DNA of 64,000 bases from an uncultured Chloroflexia bacterium. GTDB lineage: Bacteria; Chloroflexota; Anaerolineae; Anaerolineales; Villigracilaceae. This document shows, piece by piece, positions 17,805 to 26,884 of the stretch. Position numbers and translations under genes: made by a program. The notes under the pieces were generated by a model. That model did not search any database and was not told the DNA's origin. It saw only the letters and a program-made list of their open reading frames with translations. How positions within the stretch are numbered: the stretch's first letter is position 1; every line of letters starts with the position of its first letter. The stretch is from NCBI GenBank assembly GCA_963837875.1, contig CAWIOV010000003.1, forward strand, positions 129,654-193,653, given 5' to 3'.

Positions 17805-18656
17805 TCAATCCGGCGGTAATCCGGCGGCTGTGCCGGCGACATTAATGGGTATGGCAAATCCAATGCCAACGAAGAAATTCTCGCCGGTAGGATTTACGAG
17901 GCCTTCAACAATGCCGATGACTTCACCATCGCGGTTTAGCAGCGGACCGCCTGAGTTACCAGGATTCACGGCTGCGTCGATTTGAATCAAACCTTTGAGG
18001 TTTAAATCGGTATTGACAGGTTGAAACGTGCGGTTGAATCCGGAGATAACGCCTGCGCTCATGGAACTATATAGGCCATATGGATTGCCGACCACATAAG
18101 CCTCATCGCCCACGCGCATGGCGTTTGGATTCCCCAGGACAGCCGGGACGATCTGCGCCGGAAGCTTATCTGCCTTCAAAACGGCAATGTCATTCTCCGG
18201 TTGTTGGTTCGCCACTGATGCGGTTGACTGCGTACCATCCGCGAAGGTGACTTGGATATAGGTTGCATTTGCGACGACATGCAGGCTGGTCAGGATATCC
18301 CCGTTTGCATTAACGATGGTTCCGGTTCCCAGGCTGTCATCTGTCTTCCCATCGGCTCCCGGAAGCTTGGACTGGATGAGAACGAGGGAGGGCTGGATGA
18401 TCTGATATACGCCTTCGGAGAACGGGGGAGCCGGTGTGGCAGATGCAAGCACCTGGTTTACGGCAGTGCTTACATCATTGGTGGTTAACTGGTGCGGGCT
18501 GGGCGTCAAGAGGCCGTATATCAGCAATCCAGCCAGAGCCGCCACCACACCCATGGCGAACAGAAGCCCACCTTGGGCGCCTTTGCGGAGGCGGCCCAGG
18601 CGCTGCCGCCACAGTTCTGATCTTGAAACAGATGCTTCATCCATTTTGTCATTCAA
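17805..18656 (-). CDS. membrane-anchored trypsin-like (S1C/HtrA-type, no PDZ) serine protease
   Basis: 283 aa. TM helix, then triad contexts TSLHVV, NDIAVLK and GNSGGPLL. Confidence 0.85.
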   Translation of the reverse strand: MNDKMDEASVSRSELWRQRLGRLRKGAQGGLLFAMGVVAALAGLLIYGLLTPSPHQLTTNDVSTAVNQVLASATPAPPFSEGVYQIIQPSLVLIQSKLPGADGKTDDSLGTGTIVNANGDILTSLHVVANATYIQVTFADGTQSTASVANQQPENDIAVLKADKLPAQIVPAVLGNPNAMRVGDEAYVVGNPYGLYSSMSAGVISGFNRTFQPVNTDLNLKGLIQIDAAVNPGNSGGPLLNRDGEVIGIVEGLVNPTGENFFVGIGFAIPINVAGTAAGLPPD

Positions 18657-18871
18657 AAGGGCCTGGCCTGAGAAGGTATCGTTAAGCTTCTGCGGATCAT
18701 TTCTTCAAAAATGCAATACCGTCTACCCAACCATTTTCCCAGAAGAACATGAGATAAACCTGAGAAATGTCTGTAAATTCTACCGTAATTATGTAAATAT
18801 TATATCCTTTTCCATTTCAGCGGGATAAAGAGAAATATAGTAATAGTACCTTTACAATAAGTAAAGCATAC

Positions 18872-18900
18872 TTGACATATTCAAGAAAGCGTATTAAAAT
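18872..18900 (+). promoter_or_regulatory. sigma70-type promoter, TTGACA-17-TAAAAT
   Basis: TTGACA at 18872-18877, 17-nt spacer, TAAAAT at 18895-18900. AAGGAG RBS at 18924 and ATG at 18936. Flanked by GTAAA/TTTAC palindromes at 18850-18866 and 18912-18922. Confidence 0.7.
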
Positions 18901-18935
18901 AATTGTGTCAAGTAAACTTTACAAGGAGAAATAGA

Positions 18936-19502
18936 ATGAAAGAGACCCTTCAACCCATTTCAAGCGTGGAAATGCGCAAGAATCTCATCACAGGGGTGAT
19001 CGCTGGCGGGATGCTTGGCGTGGCCTTCGGGTACGCCTTTGGCAGCCTGTGGTTTGGAACCGTCATCGGCATCTTGTTCGGGCTGGCGGTTGGGTACCGT
19101 ATAAACCGGGCACGTATCAAGATGCGCTACCCGAATTTCATGATCCGGCGTGTTCTCCTGACAGCCACGTTTTGCATCCTGGTAGGTATGGGATATGCGG
19201 TTCTCCTGGATCAGGGTTGGACCGGCACACGCGCAATCCTGGCTGCCGTCTTCCCCATCGCTGCCTGGGCTTTCCTGGTGGTTACTTTGGGGATGGCGAT
19301 TGCCAGCCTGGATGAACTGCAGCGCCGCATCCAGACCGAGGCCATCGCGATCGGCTTTGCCGGAACCGTCATTGTTTGCGGTGGCTGTGGCCTGCTGGGC
19401 CTGGCGGGGATCCTGCCGGGATTGAACTGGGGGCTCGTGCTCTTTGTGATGGTGATCATGTGGTTCATCGGGAAGATGTGGACCCTGTGGAGATACCGAT
19501 GA
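18936..19502 (+). CDS. integral membrane protein (about 5 TM), partner of the XRE regulator
   Basis: Start chosen at ATG 18936 behind AAGGAG. Hydrophobic throughout. Its stop overlaps the next start (ATGA). Confidence 0.7.
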   Translation: MKETLQPISSVEMRKNLITGVIAGGMLGVAFGYAFGSLWFGTVIGILFGLAVGYRINRARIKMRYPNFMIRRVLLTATFCILVGMGYAVLLDQGWTGTRAILAAVFPIAAWAFLVVTLGMAIASLDELQRRIQTEAIAIGFAGTVIVCGGCGLLGLAGILPGLNWGLVLFVMVIMWFIGKMWTLWRYR

Positions 19503-19708
19503 AAAACCGCCTGAAGGTGCTGCGGGCCGAACGGGATTGGTCGCAGGCCCAGTTGGCAGAACTCCTGGATGTTTCCCGCCAAACGGTCAACGCCCTCGAA
19601 ACCGGCAAGTACGATCCCAGCCTGCCACTGGCTTTCAAACTGGCGACGTTGTTCAACTGCAAGATCGAGGATATTTTCCAACCCTTAGATCAGAACCCGG
19701 TCCTTTAA
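19499..19708 (+). CDS. XRE-family HTH transcriptional regulator (YozG-like, 69 aa)
   Basis: MKNRLKVLRAERDWSQAQLAELLDVSRQTVNALETGKYDPSLPLAFKLA is a canonical Cro/C1 HTH. Confidence 0.9.
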   Translation: MKNRLKVLRAERDWSQAQLAELLDVSRQTVNALETGKYDPSLPLAFKLATLFNCKIEDIFQPLDQNPVL

Positions 19709-19723
19709 AGGGGCCGGGTTCTG
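19691..19723. terminator. 13-bp hairpin between convergent genes (possible bidirectional terminator)
   Basis: CAGAACCCGGTCC tttaaag GGGCCGGGTTCTG. The XRE stop codon sits in the loop. The U-tract is weak. Confidence 0.5.
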
Positions 19724-19728
19724 ACTTG

Positions 19729-20922
19729 TTATTCGTATTTGAACCGCCAGATGCCGACCCCAAAGAATACGGCAGCAAAACCGAGCAGGATGCTGGCATC
19801 CGGCAGGATGGCTACCAGGCCCTGGCCGCGCAGGACAATATCCAGCAGGCCGCGCATGGCCCAGGTAGTTGGCAGGATCTTGACAACATTTTGCACGGCC
19901 TGGGGAAAAATTTCCAACGGATACCAGCACCCTCCCAGCAGGGCCATGATCATGCCGGTCATGATGCTCAGACCGTTGGCCTGCCCTTCCGTCTTGACGA
20001 AGGTGCCTAATGTGGTGCCCAGGGCCGCTGCCGCCAGTGCGGCACTGACCATCATCACGGCCAGCGCCAGCGGCTGGCTGCCCCAATTCAGCTTCATGAC
20101 AAAGATGCCGAAGCCAATCAAGAGCAGCATCTGCACCAGGGCGGTCAGCACTTGCCCAAAGATCGTGCCCAGCAGGTAGGTGCTTTTCCGGGTGGGGGTG
20201 GTCAGGAGCCGCCGCAGGGTGCCTTTCTGGCGCTCGTAGGCGAACATTGCGGAGATGCTGATCAATGGGATGAAGACCCAGGTGATCAACTGCCCGGCAG
20301 AGGAGTTGGCGCCTGGGTGGTAATCAACCGGATCCTTGGTGTTGCCTTCGGATTGCGCGATCCGGTTGGGAGCAGAGGAGATCAAGGATTGCGCCTGGGT
20401 CAAGGCAGCGTTGAAATAGGCTTGCCTGTCCGCCGCAGAAGTGAAGGGCCGGATCTTTTCGGCATTGGTCACGCTTTGGTTGGCAATATCGGCTGCACTG
20501 CTGACCCGGCCGATCACCGAAAGGACAGCCTGCTGGGCAACCATGGCATCCATGTTATTGGGCTGCTGGCGCAGTTCCAGCGGGATGCTGCCCTGCTCTA
20601 GGTGAGCCAGGTTGAATTCAGCCGGGATGATGAGCACCGCTTCGGCACTGCGCTGCGAGAACTGGTTATTGGCCTGGGAAAGGGTCAACAAATCCGGTCG
20701 TACGGCCTGTGAATTTGCCAGTGCAGCCACCAGTTGCGCAGAAAGAGGCGAGGCTGCCTGATCTACCACAACCAAGCGGACACGGTTATCTGTGCTGCCG
20801 CCGGTCCCCTCGGCCAGGACGAGCGTAAAGACGATCGGTAAAACGATGAAGAAAAGCCAATCGAACCACCCTGTGAAACGTACCCGGGTGTCTTTCCAGG
20901 CGATTGCAAAGATTTTTTTCAT
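19729..20922 (-). CDS. ABC-2 type transporter permease
   Basis: 397 aa. One N-terminal TM, a large extracytoplasmic loop, then a C-terminal cluster of 5 TM helices. Confidence 0.85.
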   Translation of the reverse strand: MKKIFAIAWKDTRVRFTGWFDWLFFIVLPIVFTLVLAEGTGGSTDNRVRLVVVDQAASPLSAQLVAALANSQAVRPDLLTLSQANNQFSQRSAEAVLIIPAEFNLAHLEQGSIPLELRQQPNNMDAMVAQQAVLSVIGRVSSAADIANQSVTNAEKIRPFTSAADRQAYFNAALTQAQSLISSAPNRIAQSEGNTKDPVDYHPGANSSAGQLITWVFIPLISISAMFAYERQKGTLRRLLTTPTRKSTYLLGTIFGQVLTALVQMLLLIGFGIFVMKLNWGSQPLALAVMMVSAALAAAALGTTLGTFVKTEGQANGLSIMTGMIMALLGGCWYPLEIFPQAVQNVVKILPTTWAMRGLLDIVLRGQGLVAILPDASILLGFAAVFFGVGIWRFKYE

Positions 20923-20931
20923 AAGAAATTC

Positions 20932-22197
20932 CTATCTCTCCGCCAGCCCACGCTGGCTGAAAAGGATCACGGCGATGGCGAACAGGAGCAGCCCCATGGC
21001 CAGCAAGGCCAGAATGGGGATCAGAATATCGTGCAAACCGCCGCCCAGCGCCAGGGTGGTGAACCCATCCATACCCCAGGCGTTCGGGGTGATCTTGGTC
21101 ACAACGCGGAACCAGGCTGGCATATTATCCAGGTTGACGAAGCTGCCGCCCAGGATGCCAAAGATCAGCATTAGAGCCGAACCCATTGCACCCACTTGGC
21201 CGGGAGTTTTGGCAATGGCAGTCAGGAGCATGCCCCAGCCGACCGCGCCGAAGACAGCTGCCAGCACCAAAGCCAGTACAGCCAGCGGGTCGCCCCATTG
21301 CAATTGGAATAAGAGGGTGGTGCCAAGGATCAGGATAAGCATTTGGGCTGCCCCGGTCAGGAAAATTCCGATCATTTTGCCGCCCAGCACTTGGACCGTG
21401 GTGGTGGGAGAAACCAGCAGGCGCGACAGGGTGCCCTGGTTGCGCTCGGTCAGGAGCGTCCGGCCGCCATAGCTGACGGTGTACATCAGGAACATCAATG
21501 CCATGCCGGGGGCCAGCAGCGCCAGCACATCAAACTTGACGGCTTGACCGCTGGGTGTGACATTTTTGAGCGTGATGGAGGCGCTCTGGCTGGAGGCATT
21601 TGCCTGGCGGATGCCCATCGCCACACCGACTGCCTGGGCATTCTGGCCCGAGATGCGACCACTGGTAATCAACTGGGTGACTGCCACCTGGCCGCCGACC
21701 CGCCCCACCTCCACCTGGCTGATGAATTGGTCCAGGATGGTTTTGACCACACCGACGCTGGTGGGCGCGGTGGGATTGGAATACAGCTCGATTTGAACAA
21801 CTTTGGCTGGAGCGGCCTGCCCCTGGGAAGGAATGATACTTTCGGTAAACCCGGCTGGGATGAGGATCACCGCAACGGCCTGATCCGCATCCACTTTTTG
21901 GTAGGCCGCAGATGTGTCGCTGCTCACGGTGGGATCAACCAGTCCATTCAAATCTTTGGATTGAAAGACCTGAACCAGGGCATTGCCGAGTTGCTTGCCA
22001 TCCTGGTTGACCAGTATCACCGGAATATGGCTGATGCCGCTGGATGAGCCGCCCGAGAAACGCCCGGTCACGAAACCCAGTCCAAGGGTCAGCAGGAAAG
22101 GGGCCAGTAGCATCAGGATCAGGGCGGCCCGGTCACGGAAGGCTATTTTGACATCTTTTAGGCCAATGAGAAAAAGTTTTTTCATGAGAATCTCCAT
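20932..22197 (-). CDS. ABC-2 type transporter permease (paralogue)
   Basis: 421 aa with the same topology as the neighbouring permease. Confidence 0.85.
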   Translation of the reverse strand: MEILMKKLFLIGLKDVKIAFRDRAALILMLLAPFLLTLGLGFVTGRFSGGSSSGISHIPVILVNQDGKQLGNALVQVFQSKDLNGLVDPTVSSDTSAAYQKVDADQAVAVILIPAGFTESIIPSQGQAAPAKVVQIELYSNPTAPTSVGVVKTILDQFISQVEVGRVGGQVAVTQLITSGRISGQNAQAVGVAMGIRQANASSQSASITLKNVTPSGQAVKFDVLALLAPGMALMFLMYTVSYGGRTLLTERNQGTLSRLLVSPTTTVQVLGGKMIGIFLTGAAQMLILILGTTLLFQLQWGDPLAVLALVLAAVFGAVGWGMLLTAIAKTPGQVGAMGSALMLIFGILGGSFVNLDNMPAWFRVVTKITPNAWGMDGFTTLALGGGLHDILIPILALLAMGLLLFAIAVILFSQRGLAER

Positions 22198-22241
22198 GGA
22201 AGGGCTTCGGGTAACTGGTGGGGAGCCTGGTTACCTGATCC

Positions 22242-23186
22242 CTAATCTCTCAAAGCCCTGCCCGTCAGGGAGAGGAAAACGGCTTCCAGATTGGGCTCTT
22301 TGATATCAACCGAGTGGATCTTGATGCCCAGTTCGTTGGCTTGAGTGATGACCGGGGCCATGATTTCTTCAGCGGCGGGAGCGATGACGGCTACGCTGTG
22401 ATCGGTGATATCCGCCTTCAGCACTCCGTGAATCTTGCGGACGGCCGCAACCAGGGTTTCCCCGTTCTGACTCTCATCGATATGCAGGATGAGCGTGTCA
22501 TTCTCGCCAACCTGGTGATTCAGTTCGGCCTGGGTCCCCAAGGCAATCAGTTCCCCGTGATCGATGATGCCGACCCGGTCGGAAAGTTCCTCAGCCTCTT
22601 CCATGTAATGGGTGGTATAGAGAACGGTCATACCCTGCTGATTAAGGGACTTGACCGAATCCAGGATGGCACGCCGGGACTGCGGGTCAATGCCAACGGT
22701 GGGTTCGTCCATAAAAAGCAGGCTGGGCTTGTGGAGCAAGCCCACGCCGATGTTGACGCGCCGCTTCATTCCGCCGGAGTAGGTTTTGACCCGGTTTTTG
22801 GCCTTGTCGGCCAGGCCGATCTGTTCGAGCACCTCATCCACGCGGATGGCAAGGGCCTTGCCAGAGAGACCGTACATCTGGCCCCAGAAGACCAGGTTCT
22901 CACGCGCGCTCAGGTCATCATAGAGAGCCAGTTCCTGCGGTACCACGCCAATCAGGTTGCGCACCGCCATGGGCTCTTTCGTGACCGAATGCCCGTCAAC
23001 CGTGGCTTCGCCGCTGGTGGGGGCATACAGCGTGGAAAGTATGGAAATGGTGGTGGTCTTTCCGGCTCCGTTTGGCCCGAGCAGGCTGAAGATTTCGCCT
23101 TCTTTGATATCAAATGAAATCCCCTTTACTGCGGTGAAATCGCCGTATTTTTTCACAAGGTCTTTGACTTCGAGTATGGCTTTCAT
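22242..23186 (-). CDS. ABC transporter ATP-binding protein
   Basis: 314 aa: Walker A GPNGAGKTT, signature YSGGMKRR, Walker B LLFMDEPT. Confidence 0.95.
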   Translation of the reverse strand: MKAILEVKDLVKKYGDFTAVKGISFDIKEGEIFSLLGPNGAGKTTTISILSTLYAPTSGEATVDGHSVTKEPMAVRNLIGVVPQELALYDDLSARENLVFWGQMYGLSGKALAIRVDEVLEQIGLADKAKNRVKTYSGGMKRRVNIGVGLLHKPSLLFMDEPTVGIDPQSRRAILDSVKSLNQQGMTVLYTTHYMEEAEELSDRVGIIDHGELIALGTQAELNHQVGENDTLILHIDESQNGETLVAAVRKIHGVLKADITDHSVAVIAPAAEEIMAPVITQANELGIKIHSVDIKEPNLEAVFLSLTGRALRD

Positions 23187-23211
23187 AGGCTCTCCTAAAT
23201 ATGGATTGTGC

Positions 23212-23301
23212 GTATCATCTCAATAACTTGGGGGAGTGGGGGTGTGCGGGCGGCGGAGCCGCCCGCACACCCCTATCTTCCTCTTCTTTTTGAGAAGATA
23301 C
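23212..23301. repeat. 90-nt imperfect palindromic element with a 16-bp GC hairpin core
   Basis: Arms GTATCATCTCAATAA / TTTTTGAGAAGATAC. Core 23239-23273 is GGGGTGTGCGGGCGGC-gga-GCCGCCCGCACACCCC. Lies between the membrane gene and the ABC ATPase gene. Confidence 0.8.
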
Positions 23302-23329
23302 GATTGTGTCTTTTTATAGGCAGGCAGTG

Positions 23330-23845
23330 TCAGGCTTTTTCCTTTGCACTGCCCCGGTACACCAGCAGGGCGAGGCCAAGCACGATGAGAATAACGGCCA
23401 TGACCAGGTTGATATCCATCCAACGGACGGTCCCGTTCGCAATCAGGAGGCTGCCGCCGATCAGGGCCATGATCCCACCCGGGATGAGCGCCCACCACTG
23501 GGTGCTGGCGAAAAGAGCGGTCAGGAGGGTGATCAGGAACCAGCCCAGAGCGAAACAAAGCAGGAAAATGCTGTTCTGGTCCACGGCTGGGAACTGCCAG
23601 GGACCTTGCATGGCCAGGATGCCCAGCCCGATCCCCGTCAGGACACCGCCCGGGATAATCAAGCCAGTCCTGCGGGAAACGGATCCCCAGGTCAGTATGC
23701 CCAGGCCAAGCAGCAGGACAATGGTGTTACCAATGTCGAACCAGTGCTGCAACAAGGCTGCCGCCCCAAGTAAGATCAGAATGATCCCAGCGACAATCCG
23801 GCCATCGTGAGGGGCTTTGGTTTTATTTTCAGGAACAGGTTCCAT
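23330..23845 (-). CDS. integral membrane protein (5-6 TM), function unknown
   Basis: Track ORF 23330..23881. ATG 23845 (MEPVPENK) preferred, so the start is uncertain. Gly/Leu-rich TM helices. Confidence 0.65.
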   Translation of the reverse strand: MEPVPENKTKAPHDGRIVAGIILILLGAAALLQHWFDIGNTIVLLLGLGILTWGSVSRRTGLIIPGGVLTGIGLGILAMQGPWQFPAVDQNSIFLLCFALGWFLITLLTALFASTQWWALIPGGIMALIGGSLLIANGTVRWMDINLVMAVILIVLGLALLVYRGSAKEKA

Positions 23846-24020
23846 ATGTGCCTCCAAGTTTGATTGGTCGCAAGGATACACCTGCTAGGCGCGTCCAGAA
23901 AGTGCCGAGGGATAGAAACCGGCACTTTTGAGGATAGATTTATCGCTATGCCTTTAGGGGGATGGAGTGGAGCTTTTGCCTATGCCTTTAGGCAAGGGGG
24001 ATAGGCCGCCTCCGGCACAT

Positions 24021-24695
24021 TCAGGGGATCAAACCCAGTTCCTGGCCCTTCAAGACCGCCTGGGTGCGGTCGCGCACGCCCATTTTTTCGATCAGGTTGG
24101 AGACGTGGTTCTTGACGGTTCCTTCGGTGATCACAAACTGTTCGGCGATCTCCCGGTTCGAGAGGCCGCGGGCCAGCGCTTGCAGCACTTCCTGTTCGCG
24201 CTCGGTAAGGGGCGCGGATAAAGGTTCTCGCAATCCTGCGGATTTGGGAGCTGGCGGCCGGCTGCTGGCCGTGGCCAGACGTGAGAACTCGGCCAGCACC
24301 TTCCGGGTAAGCCGGGATTGGATAAGCGCCTCGCCGGCGGCCACTTTGCGAACCGCCTGCGCCATTTCTTCGCTGCTGATATCCTTGAGCAAATAGCCGC
24401 GCGCGCCGGCTTTCAAGCCTTTGAAGACCGTCTCGTCATCCTCGAAGGTTGTCAGGATGATGACTTTTACTTCAGGGAAGCGCTCGCTGATGGTACGTGT
24501 GGCGGCCACCCCGTCCATCTCCGGCATGCGTACATCCATCAGGACCACATCCGGGCGAAGGACTTCAACCTGCTGCAGGGCTTCGCGCCCATCCGCCGCC
24601 TGGCCGACCACCTGGATATCCGGTTCGATCTCAAGCAGGAGCCGGATGCCCTGGCGGACAAGGGTCTGGTCATCCGCCAGCAGAACTTTTATCAT
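24021..24695 (-). CDS. NarL/LuxR-family response regulator
   Basis: 224 aa: receiver DVVLMDVRMPEMDG, C-terminal LuxR HTH LTEREQEVLQALARGLSNREIAEQFVITEGTVKNHV. Confidence 0.95.
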   Translation of the reverse strand: MIKVLLADDQTLVRQGIRLLLEIEPDIQVVGQAADGREALQQVEVLRPDVVLMDVRMPEMDGVAATRTISERFPEVKVIILTTFEDDETVFKGLKAGARGYLLKDISSEEMAQAVRKVAAGEALIQSRLTRKVLAEFSRLATASSRPPAPKSAGLREPLSAPLTEREQEVLQALARGLSNREIAEQFVITEGTVKNHVSNLIEKMGVRDRTQAVLKGQELGLIP

Positions 24696-25950
24696 GGTTG
24701 TCCTCCTGCAAAGGGATGCTCACATCTACCCGGAATCCCTTCGAGGAAACCGGGCCAGAGAAAAATTCGCCGCCAAGCTGCTCCACGCGTTCGCTCAGCC
24801 CTTTCAGCCCGTACCCGCCCTGTGTGGGCGAAGCGGTCTGGGATGGCTGTCCATCGTCGCTGACTGCCAGGCGGATGGCTTCGTCTGAGTACTCCAACTT
24901 AACCAGGATATGCTCGACTCCTACGGCATGTTTTTGAATATTCGTCAGGCTTTCCTGCACGGTCCGAAAGAGCGTCTGTATGGCAAAGGAGGAAAGCTCG
25001 ATGGGAGTCCCGCTCTGTTCGAATGCGGATTGTAGGCCGGTGTGCTCGCCAAAGTCGTGCACCAAGCCGGTGATCATCTCCACCAGAGGCTGGCTTTCCG
25101 ATGGAGACTGGCGCATCACCCCCACGCTGCGGCGGACCTCATCCAGGGCGGATTGGGCTTCGCGGCGTGAGACCCGGATGGCTTCGACGGCCGCCTGCGG
25201 ATTGCGTTCTGCCAATTTTTCCGCGGCTTGCAACTGGATGCTAAGGACGGTCAGGTGATGGCCCAGCCCATCGTGGATATCGCGTGCCAGCCGCATGCGT
25301 TCCTCGGCAATCGCCAGCTCCTTTTCTTTTTGGTGGGCCGCTTTCACGGCGGCATTGGCGGCCTGCAAGTCTTTCAGCAGGCCCTCTGCCCGGCGGGTTT
25401 CCTGTGAGGAGCGTTGCTCGAGCAAAACAAACAGGAGCACAAAGATGATTCCGGCCAATAATTCCGAGGCTACCTGGATCAGGTCACCATTCGATGCGCC
25501 ATAAGCCTTAATTATCCCCAGAGTGATGCCGAACGTGATTATTGAATAGATCGCCCCGCCTGGCCAGACACCGACTATGCTGGAAAATTGGGCGGCCTGC
25601 AGAAATAACAGGAAAACCAATTCAGAGCTTCCGGTGAACGCAAAAGATGCCAGTACCAACAAACTGGTAACAATATTAAAGGCCCAATGATAAAGGCGGG
25701 TGTGCTGACGGATTAATTTCTGTTCGTGGTATTGGAACCACAGGATGTTGATGACCAGCAGGACGCCCAGGGCCAGTACCGTTGCAAAAAAACGCCAGTC
25801 CAGTTTTTCCGAGGAGGGGTATTCAAGGATAAAAATAACCAGCACAGAAAAGATCATGAAGTAACTGATCCACTGCATGAGCAGTGTATCTTGCGTATTC
25901 TTCTTGAACCAGTCCGCCAACCTGGAGAATTGTGAGGAGCTTGTTTTCAT
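24670..25950 (-). CDS. membrane sensor histidine kinase, HisKA_3 type (LiaS/DesK/YvfT-like)
   Basis: 426 aa. About 5 TM helices, then RLARDIHDGLGHHL H-box and a C-terminal ATPase (DDGQ.., GYGLKGLSERV). Confidence 0.9.
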   Translation of the reverse strand: MKTSSSQFSRLADWFKKNTQDTLLMQWISYFMIFSVLVIFILEYPSSEKLDWRFFATVLALGVLLVINILWFQYHEQKLIRQHTRLYHWAFNIVTSLLVLASFAFTGSSELVFLLFLQAAQFSSIVGVWPGGAIYSIITFGITLGIIKAYGASNGDLIQVASELLAGIIFVLLFVLLEQRSSQETRRAEGLLKDLQAANAAVKAAHQKEKELAIAEERMRLARDIHDGLGHHLTVLSIQLQAAEKLAERNPQAAVEAIRVSRREAQSALDEVRRSVGVMRQSPSESQPLVEMITGLVHDFGEHTGLQSAFEQSGTPIELSSFAIQTLFRTVQESLTNIQKHAVGVEHILVKLEYSDEAIRLAVSDDGQPSQTASPTQGGYGLKGLSERVEQLGGEFFSGPVSSKGFRVDVSIPLQEDNHDKSSAGG

Positions 25951-25973
25951 GGGCTTGATATTTCCTTACGGCA

Positions 25974-26876
25974 TTATGAACCATTGCAGCGGCTTTCCGC
26001 CAGGCGTACCAGGCGGGCGGCGATGCTTTCTACATAGACATCTGGCACACCGTCGACGGCCTTCGACTGGAGCCGCAGGTCAACCGGATCGTTGACGTAA
26101 TCCACTGCCAGGAAATGGCCGGCCTCCGTCAGGGCAATTTCGGTCGAGAACAGGTGCAGGCCGCATATCTGGGCGATCCGGGCTGGGATCTCGCGCAGAC
26201 TGCGGAAAGCAAAGCGGGCCTTTTCCTCGGCTGCGACGCGCACATACACGTGCGTACGTGGGTCCCACCAACATGGATAGACTGCTCCATCGCAGAACAG
26301 GATCCGGAACCAGGCCGGGTGTCCATCCAGGATGCGAGTGGTGACGGATGCCTGCAGAAGGTATTTTTCGTTTGGATATTGCCGACGTGCATCCAGCACC
26401 TGCTCCCAGGAGGTGGCATCCAGGATCACACCGTCCCCGCCGCCCTCACAGGCCGGTTTGATGGCGAAACTCCCGCCCAGCGGCCCCAGATCACACGGTT
26501 GGATAAGGGAATGTTTGGAATAGGGGGCAAGGATGATCGTGTATGGAGTATACAGGCCCCGGCTGATGAATTCCAGGTGCATGGTGGCTTTATCCCCCGA
26601 CCAGAGGGTGCGTTTCTGTGGATTCACGCAAAACGATTTATGCCGGGTTGCCCACTCCACCAGAGGCTGGAAGCGCGGGTCTGATTCGGAAGCGCGGTCG
26701 AACAGGCTCCTGTAGGAGATTTCCCGGTTTTCCAATCCGCCCAGCACCTGGTCTAGAGTTTCAGGAGTGACCTGCAACAGCGACACCCCGCGCGCGGCGC
26801 AGGCGGCTTCGATTAAGTGAACGAAGTCGGCGTCATACTCCCAGTTCCAAGCCAGACACAGGTCGTAACGCGGCAT
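25974..26876 (-). CDS. hypothetical protein, ATP-grasp-like fold
   Basis: Track ORF starts at TTG 26882. ATG 26876 preferred because a consensus promoter ends 8 nt upstream. C-terminal LFSTEIALTEAGHFLAVDYVNDPVD resembles the ATP-grasp E-x-N strand. Assignment is tentative. Confidence 0.6.
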   Translation of the reverse strand: MPRYDLCLAWNWEYDADFVHLIEAACAARGVSLLQVTPETLDQVLGGLENREISYRSLFDRASESDPRFQPLVEWATRHKSFCVNPQKRTLWSGDKATMHLEFISRGLYTPYTIILAPYSKHSLIQPCDLGPLGGSFAIKPACEGGGDGVILDATSWEQVLDARRQYPNEKYLLQASVTTRILDGHPAWFRILFCDGAVYPCWWDPRTHVYVRVAAEEKARFAFRSLREIPARIAQICGLHLFSTEIALTEAGHFLAVDYVNDPVDLRLQSKAVDGVPDVYVESIAARLVRLAESRCNGS

Positions 26877-26884
26877 CTGCAAGC

